Positions 38,573 to 47,871 of a DNA stretch of 64,000 bases are shown one piece after another. The position numbers and the translations under genes are program-made. The stretch covers positions 1,939 to 65,938 of the forward strand of contig JBAQTF010000012.1 in NCBI GenBank assembly GCA_049296855.1, in the 5' to 3' direction. The notes below the pieces were generated by a model that searched no databases, was not told the origin of the DNA, and saw nothing but the letters and a program-made list of their open reading frames with translations. Position 1 is the stretch's first letter. Every line of letters begins with the position of its first letter. The stretch is from Minisyncoccia bacterium. Lineage in GTDB: Bacteria > Patescibacteriota > Minisyncoccia > Phycocordibacterales > DATDWN01.

Positions 38573-39628
38573 ATGGATATAACTATAGTTCTAAGTATTC
38601 TTGGTGCATTTATTATAGGTGCCGTTTTAGTTTATTTCTTGCGTCCAAAATCTGGAAGTGACGAAACGGGACTTAATTTGATCTTACAGCAAATAAATGA
38701 GCTCAATCGTGTAATGGATTCTAAAATAGGTGAGAGTACTCGTTCCATGAATGAGTCTGTACGGAGTCAGTTGGGTGAGTCAGCAAACCTAATACGTGAA
38801 GTGACAAAAGGACTTACGAAACTGGATGAGACGAATCGTCAGGTAGTTTCTTTTGCAGATCAACTTCAAAATCTTCAAGATATTTTGAAAAATCCAAAAC
38901 AAAGAGGGATTTTGGGTGAGTATTATCTCGAAACGCTTCTAAAAAATGTCCTCGCGCCAAGTCAGTATCAAATGCAATATGCTTTTAAAAATGGTGAGAT
39001 TGTGGATGCTGTTGTCTTTGTAAAAGACAAAATTATTCCTGTTGATTCAAAGTTTTCTCTTGAGAATTACAACCGCATGATTGAGACGAGTGACGCAACC
39101 GAAAAAATCCGCCTCGAAAGACTTTTTGTAAATGACTTGAAGCTTCGTATCACAGAAGCAGCAAAATACATCAGACCAGAAGAAGGGACTATGGAGTTTG
39201 CTTTCATGTTTATTCCTCATGAAGCTATTTATTATGATCTTTTAATAAACAAAATAGGTGCGCAAATGGGAAACACAGCGGAGGACACTGAAAATCTTAT
39301 TCAACGAGCAGCAGGAAAATACAAAGTTATTATTGTTTCCCCGACGTCATTTCTAGCGTATCTCCAAACGGTTCTTCAAGGTCTTAAAGCAATGCAGATA
39401 GAAGAAAAAACGAAAGAAATTCAAAAAAATGTTTCAAACCTTATGACACATCTAAAAAGTTACGAGGAATATCATAATAAACTCGGTTCATCACTCAGTA
39501 CGGTTGTAAACCACTACAACAACGGAAGCAAAGAGTTCAAAAAAATTGATAAAGACATGATTCGCATTACAGGGGAATCAAATGGTTTTGAATCAGTTTT
39601 AATAGATAAGCCAGAGAATGAGGAATAA
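38573..39628 (+). CDS. rmuC: DNA recombination protein RmuC
   Basis: N-terminal TM segment, coiled coil, and C-terminal RmuC nuclease-like domain (GEYYLETLL...VDAVVFVKDKIIPVDSKF). Confidence 0.75.
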   Translation: MDITIVLSILGAFIIGAVLVYFLRPKSGSDETGLNLILQQINELNRVMDSKIGESTRSMNESVRSQLGESANLIREVTKGLTKLDETNRQVVSFADQLQNLQDILKNPKQRGILGEYYLETLLKNVLAPSQYQMQYAFKNGEIVDAVVFVKDKIIPVDSKFSLENYNRMIETSDATEKIRLERLFVNDLKLRITEAAKYIRPEEGTMEFAFMFIPHEAIYYDLLINKIGAQMGNTAEDTENLIQRAAGKYKVIIVSPTSFLAYLQTVLQGLKAMQIEEKTKEIQKNVSNLMTHLKSYEEYHNKLGSSLSTVVNHYNNGSKEFKKIDKDMIRITGESNGFESVLIDKPENEE

Positions 39629-39683
39629 TTATAAATGGCTAAATACTTGCAATTTTTGGGATTTTTGGTAGGATAGTTGGACT

Positions 39684-40001
39684 ATGGAATTCGCAGTAAT
39701 AGCTACAGGTGGAAAACAATACAAAGTCTCAAAAGGGACTATTTTAAAAATTGAAAAAATCAAAGGTGATTTTAAGGTGGGAGACAAGATTGTCTTTGAT
39801 AAAGTTCTGCTCGTAGAAGCGGGTTCTGACACTACAATAGGCACCCCCTACATAACCAAAGCTTCTGTTGAATCAACACTTGAGGAAGTTGGACGAAACA
39901 AGACAGTTGAAGTGGTAAAATACAAACAAAAATCTCGATATTATAAAAAGAATGGGCATAGACAACCTTGGTTCAAAGTGAGGATTAGTGGTATCAAATA
40001 A
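39684..40001 (+). CDS. rplU: 50S ribosomal protein L21
   Basis: MEFAVIATGGKQYKVSKGTILKIEKI... bL21 signature. Confidence 0.9.
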   Translation: MEFAVIATGGKQYKVSKGTILKIEKIKGDFKVGDKIVFDKVLLVEAGSDTTIGTPYITKASVESTLEEVGRNKTVEVVKYKQKSRYYKKNGHRQPWFKVRISGIK

Positions 40002-40019
40002 CAGCTCAAGTCTTACATC

Positions 40020-40649
40020 TTATTGTCTATTTTTCAAGGCATTTTTTATAGTGTCTGAGTCAGAGTATTCGAGTTCAGTTCCAGTTGAGAGTCCGCGGCC
40101 AAGAGTTGAGATTTTTATATTATTTTTGTCAGCAGGAGGTTTTAAAATCTGGGATAGATATGAGAGAGTATTTTCGCCCTCAGGATTGTAATTCAAGGCG
40201 ATAATAATCTCCTCTAAACCATTCTTCGTTTTTTTCTCAACTTGAGAGATCAGATCTTTTTGACGGATCCTTTTTTCTGGGGTTTTTTCAAGTATAGGAA
40301 CTGTTCCACCGAGAATAAAGTAGTATCCGTTATAAAATCTCGTTTTCTCTATATTTTCAAAATCTACATCATGAGAGACAATCATAAGCAGATTACTGTC
40401 ACGATTGCTGTCGCGGCAAATAGGACAGGTCGTTGTGGTTGCGTTTGGGAAAAATCTGAAACATGTGTCGCATGAGTGAACTGTCGAACGAACATCACTT
40501 ATAAGTTTCGCTAAATCATTTGCATACGACGGATTTCTGTTAAGTAAAAAATAAACAAACCTTTTTGCCTGGCGCGGTCCGATTCCCGGAAACTCCTTAA
40601 AGAGTTCTATCAATTTCTGCGTATTGTCCATAGTTTTATACTCATCCAT
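40020..40649 (-). CDS. recR: Recombination protein RecR
   Basis: N-terminal HhH, C4 zinc finger (CDTC...CPIC), Toprim domain. Confidence 0.85.
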   Translation of the reverse strand: MDEYKTMDNTQKLIELFKEFPGIGPRQAKRFVYFLLNRNPSYANDLAKLISDVRSTVHSCDTCFRFFPNATTTTCPICRDSNRDSNLLMIVSHDVDFENIEKTRFYNGYYFILGGTVPILEKTPEKRIRQKDLISQVEKKTKNGLEEIIIALNYNPEGENTLSYLSQILKPPADKNNIKISTLGRGLSTGTELEYSDSDTIKNALKNRQ

Positions 40650-40687
40650 TTTAGCAAATATCTATGATGATAAGAAGTTTTTTGGAT

Positions 40688-40716
40688 TTGACACGTTAGG
40701 TATTCGTTGTTAGTTT
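40688..40716 (+). promoter_or_regulatory. Promoter TTGACA-N17-TAGTTT for the island-3 gene
   Basis: Read directly from the sequence. It is followed by the Shine-Dalgarno sequence AAGGAGG at 40726-40732. Confidence 0.45.
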
Positions 40717-40739
40717 GTGTTGAGAAAAGGAGGTTGTAC

Positions 40740-41201
40740 ATGGGACATCCGAATCTGTCGGACGGGTTGAATAGATTGATTGATGCCACAGATATACCTG
40801 GAGCTACTTTGGAACTTCGAGAAGTCAAGGTCGGCCAGATCATCAAGGTCGTTTTCGGTGACGAGGGAAAGAAAACTTCTCTCACAATTCGCATCGACAA
40901 GCCAGCTGGTAAAGGGTGGGGTGAGGATTCAGCACTCGGGACCATTCTCGCAGTTGAACTTCAACCAGACAAAGTGGAGTCATTTCGGAAAGTTGATCTT
41001 CCTATTCCACCTATTGGTGAGAAATGTGCGCTTTTCTGTGCTTGTACACGAAACCCTGGGGCTCCATTTGGTATGACGATGTTACACGTTCATCATCTTA
41101 CCAAAGGGAGGCACTTCAGTTGGACAACCCGTCCAAATACCAACAATGAAATCGGGTGGCTTTTTCCAGAAACAGTCTCTGGCTGGTCAGTGCATGGCTA
41201 G
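40740..41201 (+). CDS. Hypothetical protein (153 aa) in GC-island 3
   Basis: ATG at 40740 with a perfect AAGGAGG Shine-Dalgarno sequence at 7-nt spacing. GC about 48-50%. No family recognised (contains CALFCAC...HVHH). Confidence 0.55.
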   Translation: MGHPNLSDGLNRLIDATDIPGATLELREVKVGQIIKVVFGDEGKKTSLTIRIDKPAGKGWGEDSALGTILAVELQPDKVESFRKVDLPIPPIGEKCALFCACTRNPGAPFGMTMLHVHHLTKGRHFSWTTRPNTNNEIGWLFPETVSGWSVHG

Positions 41202-41218
41202 TACGAGACGCGCGAATT

Positions 41219-41274
41219 GGTCGGAGGAATTGGCCTCCGACCATGAGGCACACTTAGTGTGCTTTTTTGTTTTT
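41219..41274 (+). terminator. Tandem hairpins terminating the island-3 gene
   Basis: GGTCGGAGG-AATTGG-CCTCCGACC, then GCACAC-TTA-GTGTGC followed by TTTTTTGTTTTT. Confidence 0.7.
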
Positions 41275-42655
41275 AAAACGAGTTAAAATCTTTGTCGGCG
41301 TGTTGTTTATCTATACTCTGAAAAGTAGCTTTCTTTTCGTTGAAAAATAGTTCCACTTTTCCGGTCTCACCATTTCTATGTTTTTCAATTAAAATTTCTG
41401 CGATGTTTGTCTTTTCTGCTTCTTCTTTGTATTTATCTTCACGGTGGATGAACATTACTACATCTGCATCCTGTTCGATTGATCCAGAATCTCGAAGGTC
41501 AGATAGGCGAGGACGACCACCACGGGCTTCAACAGCTCGAGATAGCTGTGATAGAGCTAGGACAGGGACATCGAGTTCACGAGCCAGGTTTTTTAAAGCA
41601 TGAGATATTTCTGTAGTTTGCTGTACTAGGTTGTCGTTTTTGGTTTGTGTTGGGACCATCAGTTGTAAGTAGTCCACAACAATAAGTCCGAGACCTTTTT
41701 CACTTTTCAGACGACGGGCGATTGAGCGCATCTTCAAAATATTATTTCCGGGTTGGTCGTCGATATAAATAGGTGCCTTACTTAGCTTATCAAGTGAGCT
41801 TTTGATTGCGTCAAAGTCACCTTGACGAGAAAGTTTTCCTGTTCGTAGTTTCCAAGCGTCAACGTTTGATTGTGCAGCGAGCATACGATCAACCAATTGT
41901 TGGGAAGACATTTCTAGAGAGAAAATACCGACAGGAATATTATGGTTGACAGCAGCCTGACGAGCAATATCGAGGGCTAGGGAAGTCTTTCCTGTACTAG
42001 GTCTTCCAGCAAGTATAATTAAATCTGATTTTTGTAAACCAGAAAGTTTGTTATCAATGTCCGTAAATCCAGTCGGTATTCCTCGCATACCATTACCGTC
42101 TGTGTGTAGTCTATCAAGCCTTTCCCACGCTTCAGCCAGTTCATCTTTGATAGGAACGAATTTATGTGAAGTGTTGAAGTTAGTAACATCAAAAAGTTTT
42201 TTCTCAGCATTATCAAGCATTTCTTCGAGTTCTTTATTTTCATCATAACCAATTTGAGAAATGTGATCTGAGGCCTCTATGAGACGCCTCATCATGTGTT
42301 TTTTTTGGACGATAAGAGCATAGTACCCGATGTTTGAAGAAGAAGGAACAATATTTACAATCTCTGTTAGATAGGTATTGCCTCCGACTTGGTCAAGCCA
42401 GCCTTTCTCTGACAATCTCGAAGAAACAGAGAGTAAATCAATCGGTGAACGCTTTGTAAAAAGTTCCATCATCGTTTCATAAATGATGTGATGTTTTTCG
42501 GAATAAAAAGAATCATGAGCAACTATTTCTGTAATATCATAAAGTGCTTCTGGACGAAGCATTATAGAACCAAGTAGCGCCATCTCTGCCTCCAAGTTTT
42601 GTGGAGGTATTCGCATTCTATTCTGTACCATCTGAGTTATTACAGTTTGAACCAT
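41273..42655 (-). CDS. dnaB: Replicative DNA helicase DnaB
   Basis: DnaB N-terminal domain plus RecA-like domain with Walker A motif GRPSTGKTSLALD. Confidence 0.9.
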   Translation of the reverse strand: MVQTVITQMVQNRMRIPPQNLEAEMALLGSIMLRPEALYDITEIVAHDSFYSEKHHIIYETMMELFTKRSPIDLLSVSSRLSEKGWLDQVGGNTYLTEIVNIVPSSSNIGYYALIVQKKHMMRRLIEASDHISQIGYDENKELEEMLDNAEKKLFDVTNFNTSHKFVPIKDELAEAWERLDRLHTDGNGMRGIPTGFTDIDNKLSGLQKSDLIILAGRPSTGKTSLALDIARQAAVNHNIPVGIFSLEMSSQQLVDRMLAAQSNVDAWKLRTGKLSRQGDFDAIKSSLDKLSKAPIYIDDQPGNNILKMRSIARRLKSEKGLGLIVVDYLQLMVPTQTKNDNLVQQTTEISHALKNLARELDVPVLALSQLSRAVEARGGRPRLSDLRDSGSIEQDADVVMFIHREDKYKEEAEKTNIAEILIEKHRNGETGKVELFFNEKKATFQSIDKQHADKDFNSF

Positions 42656-42725
42656 ATAAAGATATTACCACACAGAGGTTTTTTGCGTCATTCTGTAAAG
42701 TGGGGAATGTGTGGGAAAGCTGTGA

Positions 42726-44075
42726 CTAACGAGGGGTGACCAACGTGCCCAAAGGAGTATCCTTCACCTTAAAGCCAAAAGACTCGATTTTCTCTCGAAT
42801 TTCGTCACTTTTTGTGAAATTTTTATTATTTCTAGCTTCATCTCGCTCTTTTATGAGATTTTTAACGTTTTCTGGAATTTCAAACTCTACTTTTTCATTA
42901 AGTTTTAAGCCAAGTACTCGGTCAAAATCTAGCACTAGTTCTTTTCTAGTTCCTTCTCCCAGTTCCTCATCTCTTAGGACTTGCCAGACTAAAGCCAAGG
43001 TTTTCGGCATATCCAAATCATTATTTATACCATCTTCAAATTCAGTTTTATATTTTTCCGCCAAACTTTGACCCAATTTTCCATCTCCTAGACTTTGAAA
43101 TTTTTCTCGCAGTCTTCGTAGTGCAGTCTCACTACCCTCAAGTGCTTCCCAAGTGAAGTTTAAAAGAGTTGAATAGTGTGAACCTAAAACAAAATATCGA
43201 TATGCTAGAGGACTAATTTTTTTATTTTTAATATCTTTCAGAGTAAAAACATTTCCAAGAGATTTGGACATTTTTTTCCCGTCGATAGTAATAAATCCTC
43301 CGTGAATCCAATAATGTACAAAAAGTTTTCCAGTTACTGCTTCTGACTGAGCAATCTCATTTGTATGGTGGGGAAATATAAGGTCAGACCCACCAGTGTG
43401 TATGTCCAGAGTTTCTCCCAAATTAGTCATGGACATTGCAGAACACTCAATGTGCCAACCAGGCCTACCTTTTCCGAACGGTGCGTCGTAAACTACATTA
43501 CCATCTTCCGGTGTGTAGAATTTCCACAATGAAAAATCTCTCGGATTGGTCTTGTCATAATCGTCGTTTACAATACGTTCTTTCGTAGTGTTTTCTAAAT
43601 TAAGATTTGCTAGTTTCCCGTATCCTTTTGATTTTCCAATATCAAAATAAATACCATCAGAGCTTTTGTATGCAGTCCCGTTCATTAACATTTTCTCAAT
43701 CAGAGAAATCATATCCGCTATACTCTCTGTTGCTCTTGGAGTTTTGTTTGCATTTTTGATATTTAATGATTTCAAATCTTCAAAAAACAAATCCTCGTAT
43801 TTTCTAGTCAGACTCTTCAAATCAATTTTTTCTTCCTGACTCCGCCTTATAGTTTTGTCATCAACATCCGTGATGTTCGTCACACTGTTTACTTTATATT
43901 TATTGTATTCAAACATCCTTCTCAATATGTCAGATAGAATAAACGTGCGAAAATTTCCTATATGAGCATAGTCATAGACTGTTGGTCCACAGTTGTACAT
44001 GCTAACTTGCCCCTCTATCAAAGGTACGAATTTCTCCTTATTCCCTGACATCGTGTTGTGTAAGTAAATATCCAT
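42726..44075 (-). CDS. cysS: Cysteine--tRNA ligase
   Basis: MYNCGPTVYDYAHIGN (HIGH-like motif) and KMSKSLGN. Confidence 0.9.
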   Translation of the reverse strand: MDIYLHNTMSGNKEKFVPLIEGQVSMYNCGPTVYDYAHIGNFRTFILSDILRRMFEYNKYKVNSVTNITDVDDKTIRRSQEEKIDLKSLTRKYEDLFFEDLKSLNIKNANKTPRATESIADMISLIEKMLMNGTAYKSSDGIYFDIGKSKGYGKLANLNLENTTKERIVNDDYDKTNPRDFSLWKFYTPEDGNVVYDAPFGKGRPGWHIECSAMSMTNLGETLDIHTGGSDLIFPHHTNEIAQSEAVTGKLFVHYWIHGGFITIDGKKMSKSLGNVFTLKDIKNKKISPLAYRYFVLGSHYSTLLNFTWEALEGSETALRRLREKFQSLGDGKLGQSLAEKYKTEFEDGINNDLDMPKTLALVWQVLRDEELGEGTRKELVLDFDRVLGLKLNEKVEFEIPENVKNLIKERDEARNNKNFTKSDEIREKIESFGFKVKDTPLGTLVTPR

Positions 44076-44087
44076 GTGTGTCGCGAT

Positions 44088-45008
44088 TTACAGCCACTTT
44101 TTGTGTTTTGCGTATGAAATAGATATAAGTGCTGATATTAGCATTATACAAATAACAACCCAGAAGGCGTTTGAGTCTTTGATTATAGGCATACCCTCCG
44201 TACGCATTGCAAATATAACAGCAATAAGATTTAAAGGTAAAACAATTGAACCAACAACAGTTAGGTTTTTAACAGTTTCGTTTTGTTTCGATGTTAATAA
44301 TGAATTGTTAGTATCACGTAGTTCATGTAAAACTTCCAAATTGGATTTTATCGTAGTATTTATTTTTAGATAATCAATGATGATAGTTTCGACTTCGTAC
44401 CCGAAGTTTGATCCAAATATTTCTTCACCTCTGTGTCTGAGGGACTCAAGTATTTCATAATGAAGATCAGTTATCCTTTTAAAATCCAAAAGAGTTCTAG
44501 TAACCTCGGAAATTGATATAACCATTTCTTTCTCTTTCCCATGAAAGATTTGACTAGTGATTTCCTCTGTTGTGTCTTCTATTGATTCAAGTTCTTCGAA
44601 AAGCGAAGCATAAAGATCACGCAACATGTTAATAAATATAAAGTGAGTATGTTTGTGTTTACGGTCGCCGTTTTTATCTAATATCTCGTCAACTTCAATG
44701 TCTTTTGCAAATTTATGCAGTGCATCTATGGTGTCATATCTTGCTGTGATGATAGTGTCTTTTCCAATAATAAAATCTACCTCCTGACTTTTACCTTCAA
44801 CATGTGTGTGCTTCCGAACAGGGAAGTGAAGGATACAATATATGTATTGATCGTGGAATTCAATACGTGGTTTTGGATTTTCCGAATTTAGTTCTTTTGC
44901 TACAAAAGGATGGATATTGTATTTATTCATCATCTCGTGGATTTCTTCTGTGGTACCGCGATCAATATCAATCCACGTTTCGCTATTGTATTTGTACGTG
45001 TTAATCAT
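44088..45008 (-). CDS. CorA-family divalent-cation transporter (variant GMN region)
   Basis: Cytoplasmic N-domain plus two C-terminal TM helices. LTVVGSIVLPLNLIAVIFAMRTEGMPI aligns with CorA LT..S.IFLPLTFIAGIYGMNF, but the GMN motif reads AMR. Confidence 0.55.
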   Translation of the reverse strand: MINTYKYNSETWIDIDRGTTEEIHEMMNKYNIHPFVAKELNSENPKPRIEFHDQYIYCILHFPVRKHTHVEGKSQEVDFIIGKDTIITARYDTIDALHKFAKDIEVDEILDKNGDRKHKHTHFIFINMLRDLYASLFEELESIEDTTEEITSQIFHGKEKEMVISISEVTRTLLDFKRITDLHYEILESLRHRGEEIFGSNFGYEVETIIIDYLKINTTIKSNLEVLHELRDTNNSLLTSKQNETVKNLTVVGSIVLPLNLIAVIFAMRTEGMPIIKDSNAFWVVICIMLISALISISYAKHKKWL

Positions 45009-45073
45009 TTGGTTATATTATATCTGAATACTAATTTGACCACAATATAATTTCTTGCGATAATTAAACATCA

Positions 45074-46303
45074 ATGGGTAATAACTTCTTTAAATACCGT
45101 ACCTACGTCCTAATATCCCTCCTTGTTCTCGGAGGTGTATTTTTTTCTGGCTATTATTTTGGGAAGAGCAACAGTTCTGACCAAGATAAAGTTTTTACAT
45201 TAATAAATAAAACTGCTACTACGACTGGGGAGGTGGACTTTTCTCCGTTCTGGAAAGCATGGAATGTTATTGATGATAAATATGTTCCGTCAAGCACCAC
45301 AGCAAAAGAAATAAGTAGCCAAACACGAGTTTACGGTGCTATCGAAGGAATGGTCAAATCTCTTGGAGATCCGTACACTATTTTTTTTCCACCAGTTGAG
45401 TCAAAAAGTTTTAGTGAAGAAATAAAAGGTCAGATAGAGGGTGTTGGTATGGAAGTTGATATTCGAGAGGGGGTTCTGACTGTTATTGCTCCGGTCAAAG
45501 ATACACCGGCATACAGAGCTGGTATAAAATCTGGTGATAAGATTTTTAAGATTGGTAGTAAATCTACTGAGAATCTAAATACACAAGAAGCCATAGCTCT
45601 TATTCGTGGTCCTAAGGGGACTTCGGTCACTCTTACAATATTTAGAAAAGATATAAAGGAGCCATTTGAGTTAAGTATGATTCGTGACGTTATAAATATT
45701 CCTACCGTTGATACTGAAACAAAAGGTGATGTGTTTATCATACATTTGTATAGTTTCTCTTCCATTTCTCCAAACCTTTTCCGTAACGCTCTTCGGGAGT
45801 TTGTTGAATCCGGTAAATATAAAATGATTATTGATCTGCGGGGTAATCCTGGCGGTTACCTCGAGGCTGCACAAGATATGGCTTCATGGTTTCTACCTAC
45901 TGGTAAAGTGGTTGTTAGTGAGGATTTTCGAGATAAAAGTAAAAACGAAATTTTCCGAAGCAAAGGTTACAACATTTTCAATGATAAACTTAAACTCGTA
46001 GTCCTTATTGATGGTGGTTCAGCAAGTGCTTCAGAAATTTTGGCTGGAGCTTTGCATGACCACGGAGTAGCAACTCTTGTTGGTGTTCAGTCGTTTGGTA
46101 AGGGTTCTGTGCAGGAACTCATTGATATTACTTATGATACATCACTCAAAGTAACTGTCGCAAAATGGTTAACTCCAAATGGAATTTCAATCTCTCATCA
46201 AGGACTAACCCCAGATATTATTGTAAAACTTGATGAGGAGAAGTTTAAAAAAGATAGGACAGATACACAAATGTTGAAGGCATTGGAGATTCTTTCAAAA
46301 TAG
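45074..46303 (+). CDS. S41-family C-terminal processing peptidase (CtpA-like) with PDZ domain
   Basis: PDZ (GDKIFKIGSKST) and catalytic GNPGGYL...SASASEILAGAL. Confidence 0.85.
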   Translation: MGNNFFKYRTYVLISLLVLGGVFFSGYYFGKSNSSDQDKVFTLINKTATTTGEVDFSPFWKAWNVIDDKYVPSSTTAKEISSQTRVYGAIEGMVKSLGDPYTIFFPPVESKSFSEEIKGQIEGVGMEVDIREGVLTVIAPVKDTPAYRAGIKSGDKIFKIGSKSTENLNTQEAIALIRGPKGTSVTLTIFRKDIKEPFELSMIRDVINIPTVDTETKGDVFIIHLYSFSSISPNLFRNALREFVESGKYKMIIDLRGNPGGYLEAAQDMASWFLPTGKVVVSEDFRDKSKNEIFRSKGYNIFNDKLKLVVLIDGGSASASEILAGALHDHGVATLVGVQSFGKGSVQELIDITYDTSLKVTVAKWLTPNGISISHQGLTPDIIVKLDEEKFKKDRTDTQMLKALEILSK

Positions 46304-46307
46304 GTTA

Positions 46308-46346
46308 GTCGGGTGAGTATCTCCAGTCTGGAGACACTCACCCGAC
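46308..46346 (+). terminator. GC-rich hairpin downstream of ctpA
   Basis: GTCGGGTGAGT...ACTCACCCGAC is an 11-bp stem with an internal CTCCAG-TC-TGGAG mini-palindrome. No clean U-tract follows. Confidence 0.45.
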
Positions 46347-46375
46347 CCCCACAAATTTTGTGTTAAGATATAAAT

Positions 46376-46819
46376 ATGAAAATAATATTACTTAAAGATA
46401 TTGCTAAGGTTGGACGAAAGTATGATATAAAAGATGTCGCTGAAGGTTTCGCTTTAAACATGCTTATCCCACGTGGAGTAGCACAGATTGCGACACCGGG
46501 AGCCATAAAGAAAGTCGAGGAGATGAAATCTCGTGACATGACAGATAGAAAAATCCAGGAGGAGCTTTTGTTGAAAAATCTTGAGGTCATAAAAAATCTG
46601 AAAATAAATCTCAAAGAAAAAGCTAGTGATAAGGGTCACTTGTTTGCCGGAATTACAAAAGAAATGCTTGTTTCGGAAATTTTAAAGTCAACCAGACTGA
46701 ATCTTGATCCAGAATCAATTAAGTTAGCTAAGCCAATAAAAGAAGTTGGGGAACATTTCATTGCTGTTGAAGCCTTAGGTAAAAAAGCAGAATTTACTCT
46801 CAAAATCGAAGCAGAATAA
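46376..46819 (+). CDS. rplI: 50S ribosomal protein L9
   Basis: MKIILLKDIAKVGRKYDIKDVAEGFALNMLIPRGVA is the bL9 N-domain. Confidence 0.9.
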   Translation: MKIILLKDIAKVGRKYDIKDVAEGFALNMLIPRGVAQIATPGAIKKVEEMKSRDMTDRKIQEELLLKNLEVIKNLKINLKEKASDKGHLFAGITKEMLVSEILKSTRLNLDPESIKLAKPIKEVGEHFIAVEALGKKAEFTLKIEAE

Positions 46820-46820
46820 A

Positions 46821-46866
46821 ACACCCAACACAAACTCTTCCCGGAGGTTTGTTTTGTGTTGGGTGT
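46821..46866 (-). terminator. Hairpin terminator (14-bp stem) at the 3' end of the island-4 gene
   Basis: ACACCCAACACAAA ... TTTGTGTTGGGTGT. On the minus strand it is followed by TTTTATT. It overlaps the rplI 3' flank. Confidence 0.6.
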
Positions 46867-47066
46867 CACGTTCTTGCTTTTAGGTGAGATGGGGTTGAGA
46901 GTTCTCGAAGTCTTCGACATTTCTCACAACCCTTGTCCGTCGGTTCACCCGGGCAAGGTTTTCCGTGAGGACAGTTGTGTTTTATGGCATTTGTCCCGTG
47001 GCTTTTTGTGTTGCGGACTTGAGATCCGCAACCCAAACATGTGACGTAGGTCTCAGGTCTTCCCAT
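46866..47066 (-). CDS. Small Cys-rich zinc-ribbon-like protein (66 aa) in GC-island 4
   Basis: MGRPETYVTCLGCGS...HNCPHGKPC...KGCEKCRR carries two CxxC pairs plus C/H residues. The ATG is preceded by AAGGAG at 7-nt spacing. GC-rich. Confidence 0.5.
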   Translation of the reverse strand: MGRPETYVTCLGCGSQVRNTKSHGTNAIKHNCPHGKPCPGEPTDKGCEKCRRLRELSTPSHLKART

Positions 47067-47090
47067 GGCTGATCTCCTTTTCTCAAAACA

Positions 47091-47112
47091 AAATAGCACT
47101 GAAGTGCTATTT
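47091..47112 (-). terminator. Terminator hairpin downstream of rpmA
   Basis: AAATAGCAC-TGAA-GTGCTATTT. On the minus strand it is followed by a T-rich tract. Confidence 0.6.
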
Positions 47113-47137
47113 TGTAAAATCATGATTCCAATTATTT

Positions 47138-47410
47138 CTAAACTACATTTATTACTTTTTTGATGCCTACTTTATTATCGAAATGCATTTTTCTTTTTAT
47201 TCCAAATTTTACTGTTCCGGAAGTCAGTGCAAATAGAGTATGATCTTTTCCCATAGATACGTTTTTCCCAGCGAGTGTCTCAGTGCCTCTTTGTCGTATA
47301 AGGATTGAGCCAGCCTGCGCCAAATCTCCCTCGGTAATTTTAACCCCGAGGTATTTTGGATTTGAATCCCGACCGTTTTTAGTTGTTCCTGCGGACTTTT
47401 TATGTGCCAT
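47138..47410 (-). CDS. rpmA: 50S ribosomal protein L27
   Basis: [24 protein letters not shown] is the bL27 signature. Confidence 0.9.
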   Translation of the reverse strand: MAHKKSAGTTKNGRDSNPKYLGVKITEGDLAQAGSILIRQRGTETLAGKNVSMGKDHTLFALTSGTVKFGIKRKMHFDNKVGIKKVINVV

Positions 47411-47448
47411 CTGGTTTTATATATAGAATCTGTTAATATCCCACTAAT

Positions 47449-47850
47449 ATGATTAGTTATACGAGTATAAAGGAAACCTTGGAAAAAATCAAGCCTTTTT
47501 ATAGTCTTATTTTGGTGGTTATTACGGCGAGTATTTTCTTTGCTTTAGGACGACTTTATAACTTAGAGCGACAAAAAACTCCTATAAAGATCGAGTATTC
47601 TAACGCTATTCAAACCAGTACTGTGGTTTCAGCTGTTTCGACAACCAGTAGCTCCAACTCATTGGTTAATGTTCCAATTCAGGTAACCGACGGTCCTGTT
47701 ATCGGCTCAAAAAGTGGTAAAAAGTACTATTTCCCATGGTGTGGAACGGTGAAAAGAATCCTTCTGCAAAACCAAGTCTATTTTGCAACAATCGCTGAGG
47801 CTCGTAAGGCCGGTTTTGTTCCTGGTGGAAACTGTAAAGGTCTGAAATAA
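47449..47850 (+). CDS. Hypothetical membrane-anchored protein with conserved C-terminal motif (YFPWCG...AGFVPGGNC)
   Basis: N-terminal TM helix and an S/T-rich linker. The C-terminal motif is loosely reminiscent of Ada-type F-x-P-x-C...AGF-x-P-C metal-binding motifs. Confidence 0.4.
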   Translation: MISYTSIKETLEKIKPFYSLILVVITASIFFALGRLYNLERQKTPIKIEYSNAIQTSTVVSAVSTTSSSNSLVNVPIQVTDGPVIGSKSGKKYYFPWCGTVKRILLQNQVYFATIAEARKAGFVPGGNCKGLK

Positions 47851-47871
47851 TTTTCCATTTCTGTTTGTTTT

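Noticed and set aside
41273-41276. Island-3 terminator T-tract overlapping the dnaB stop codon, considered as evidence of a misassembly junction
   Set aside because: The overlap is only the poly-T/A run. Sharing terminator sequence between convergent genes is common. It cannot be judged without reads.
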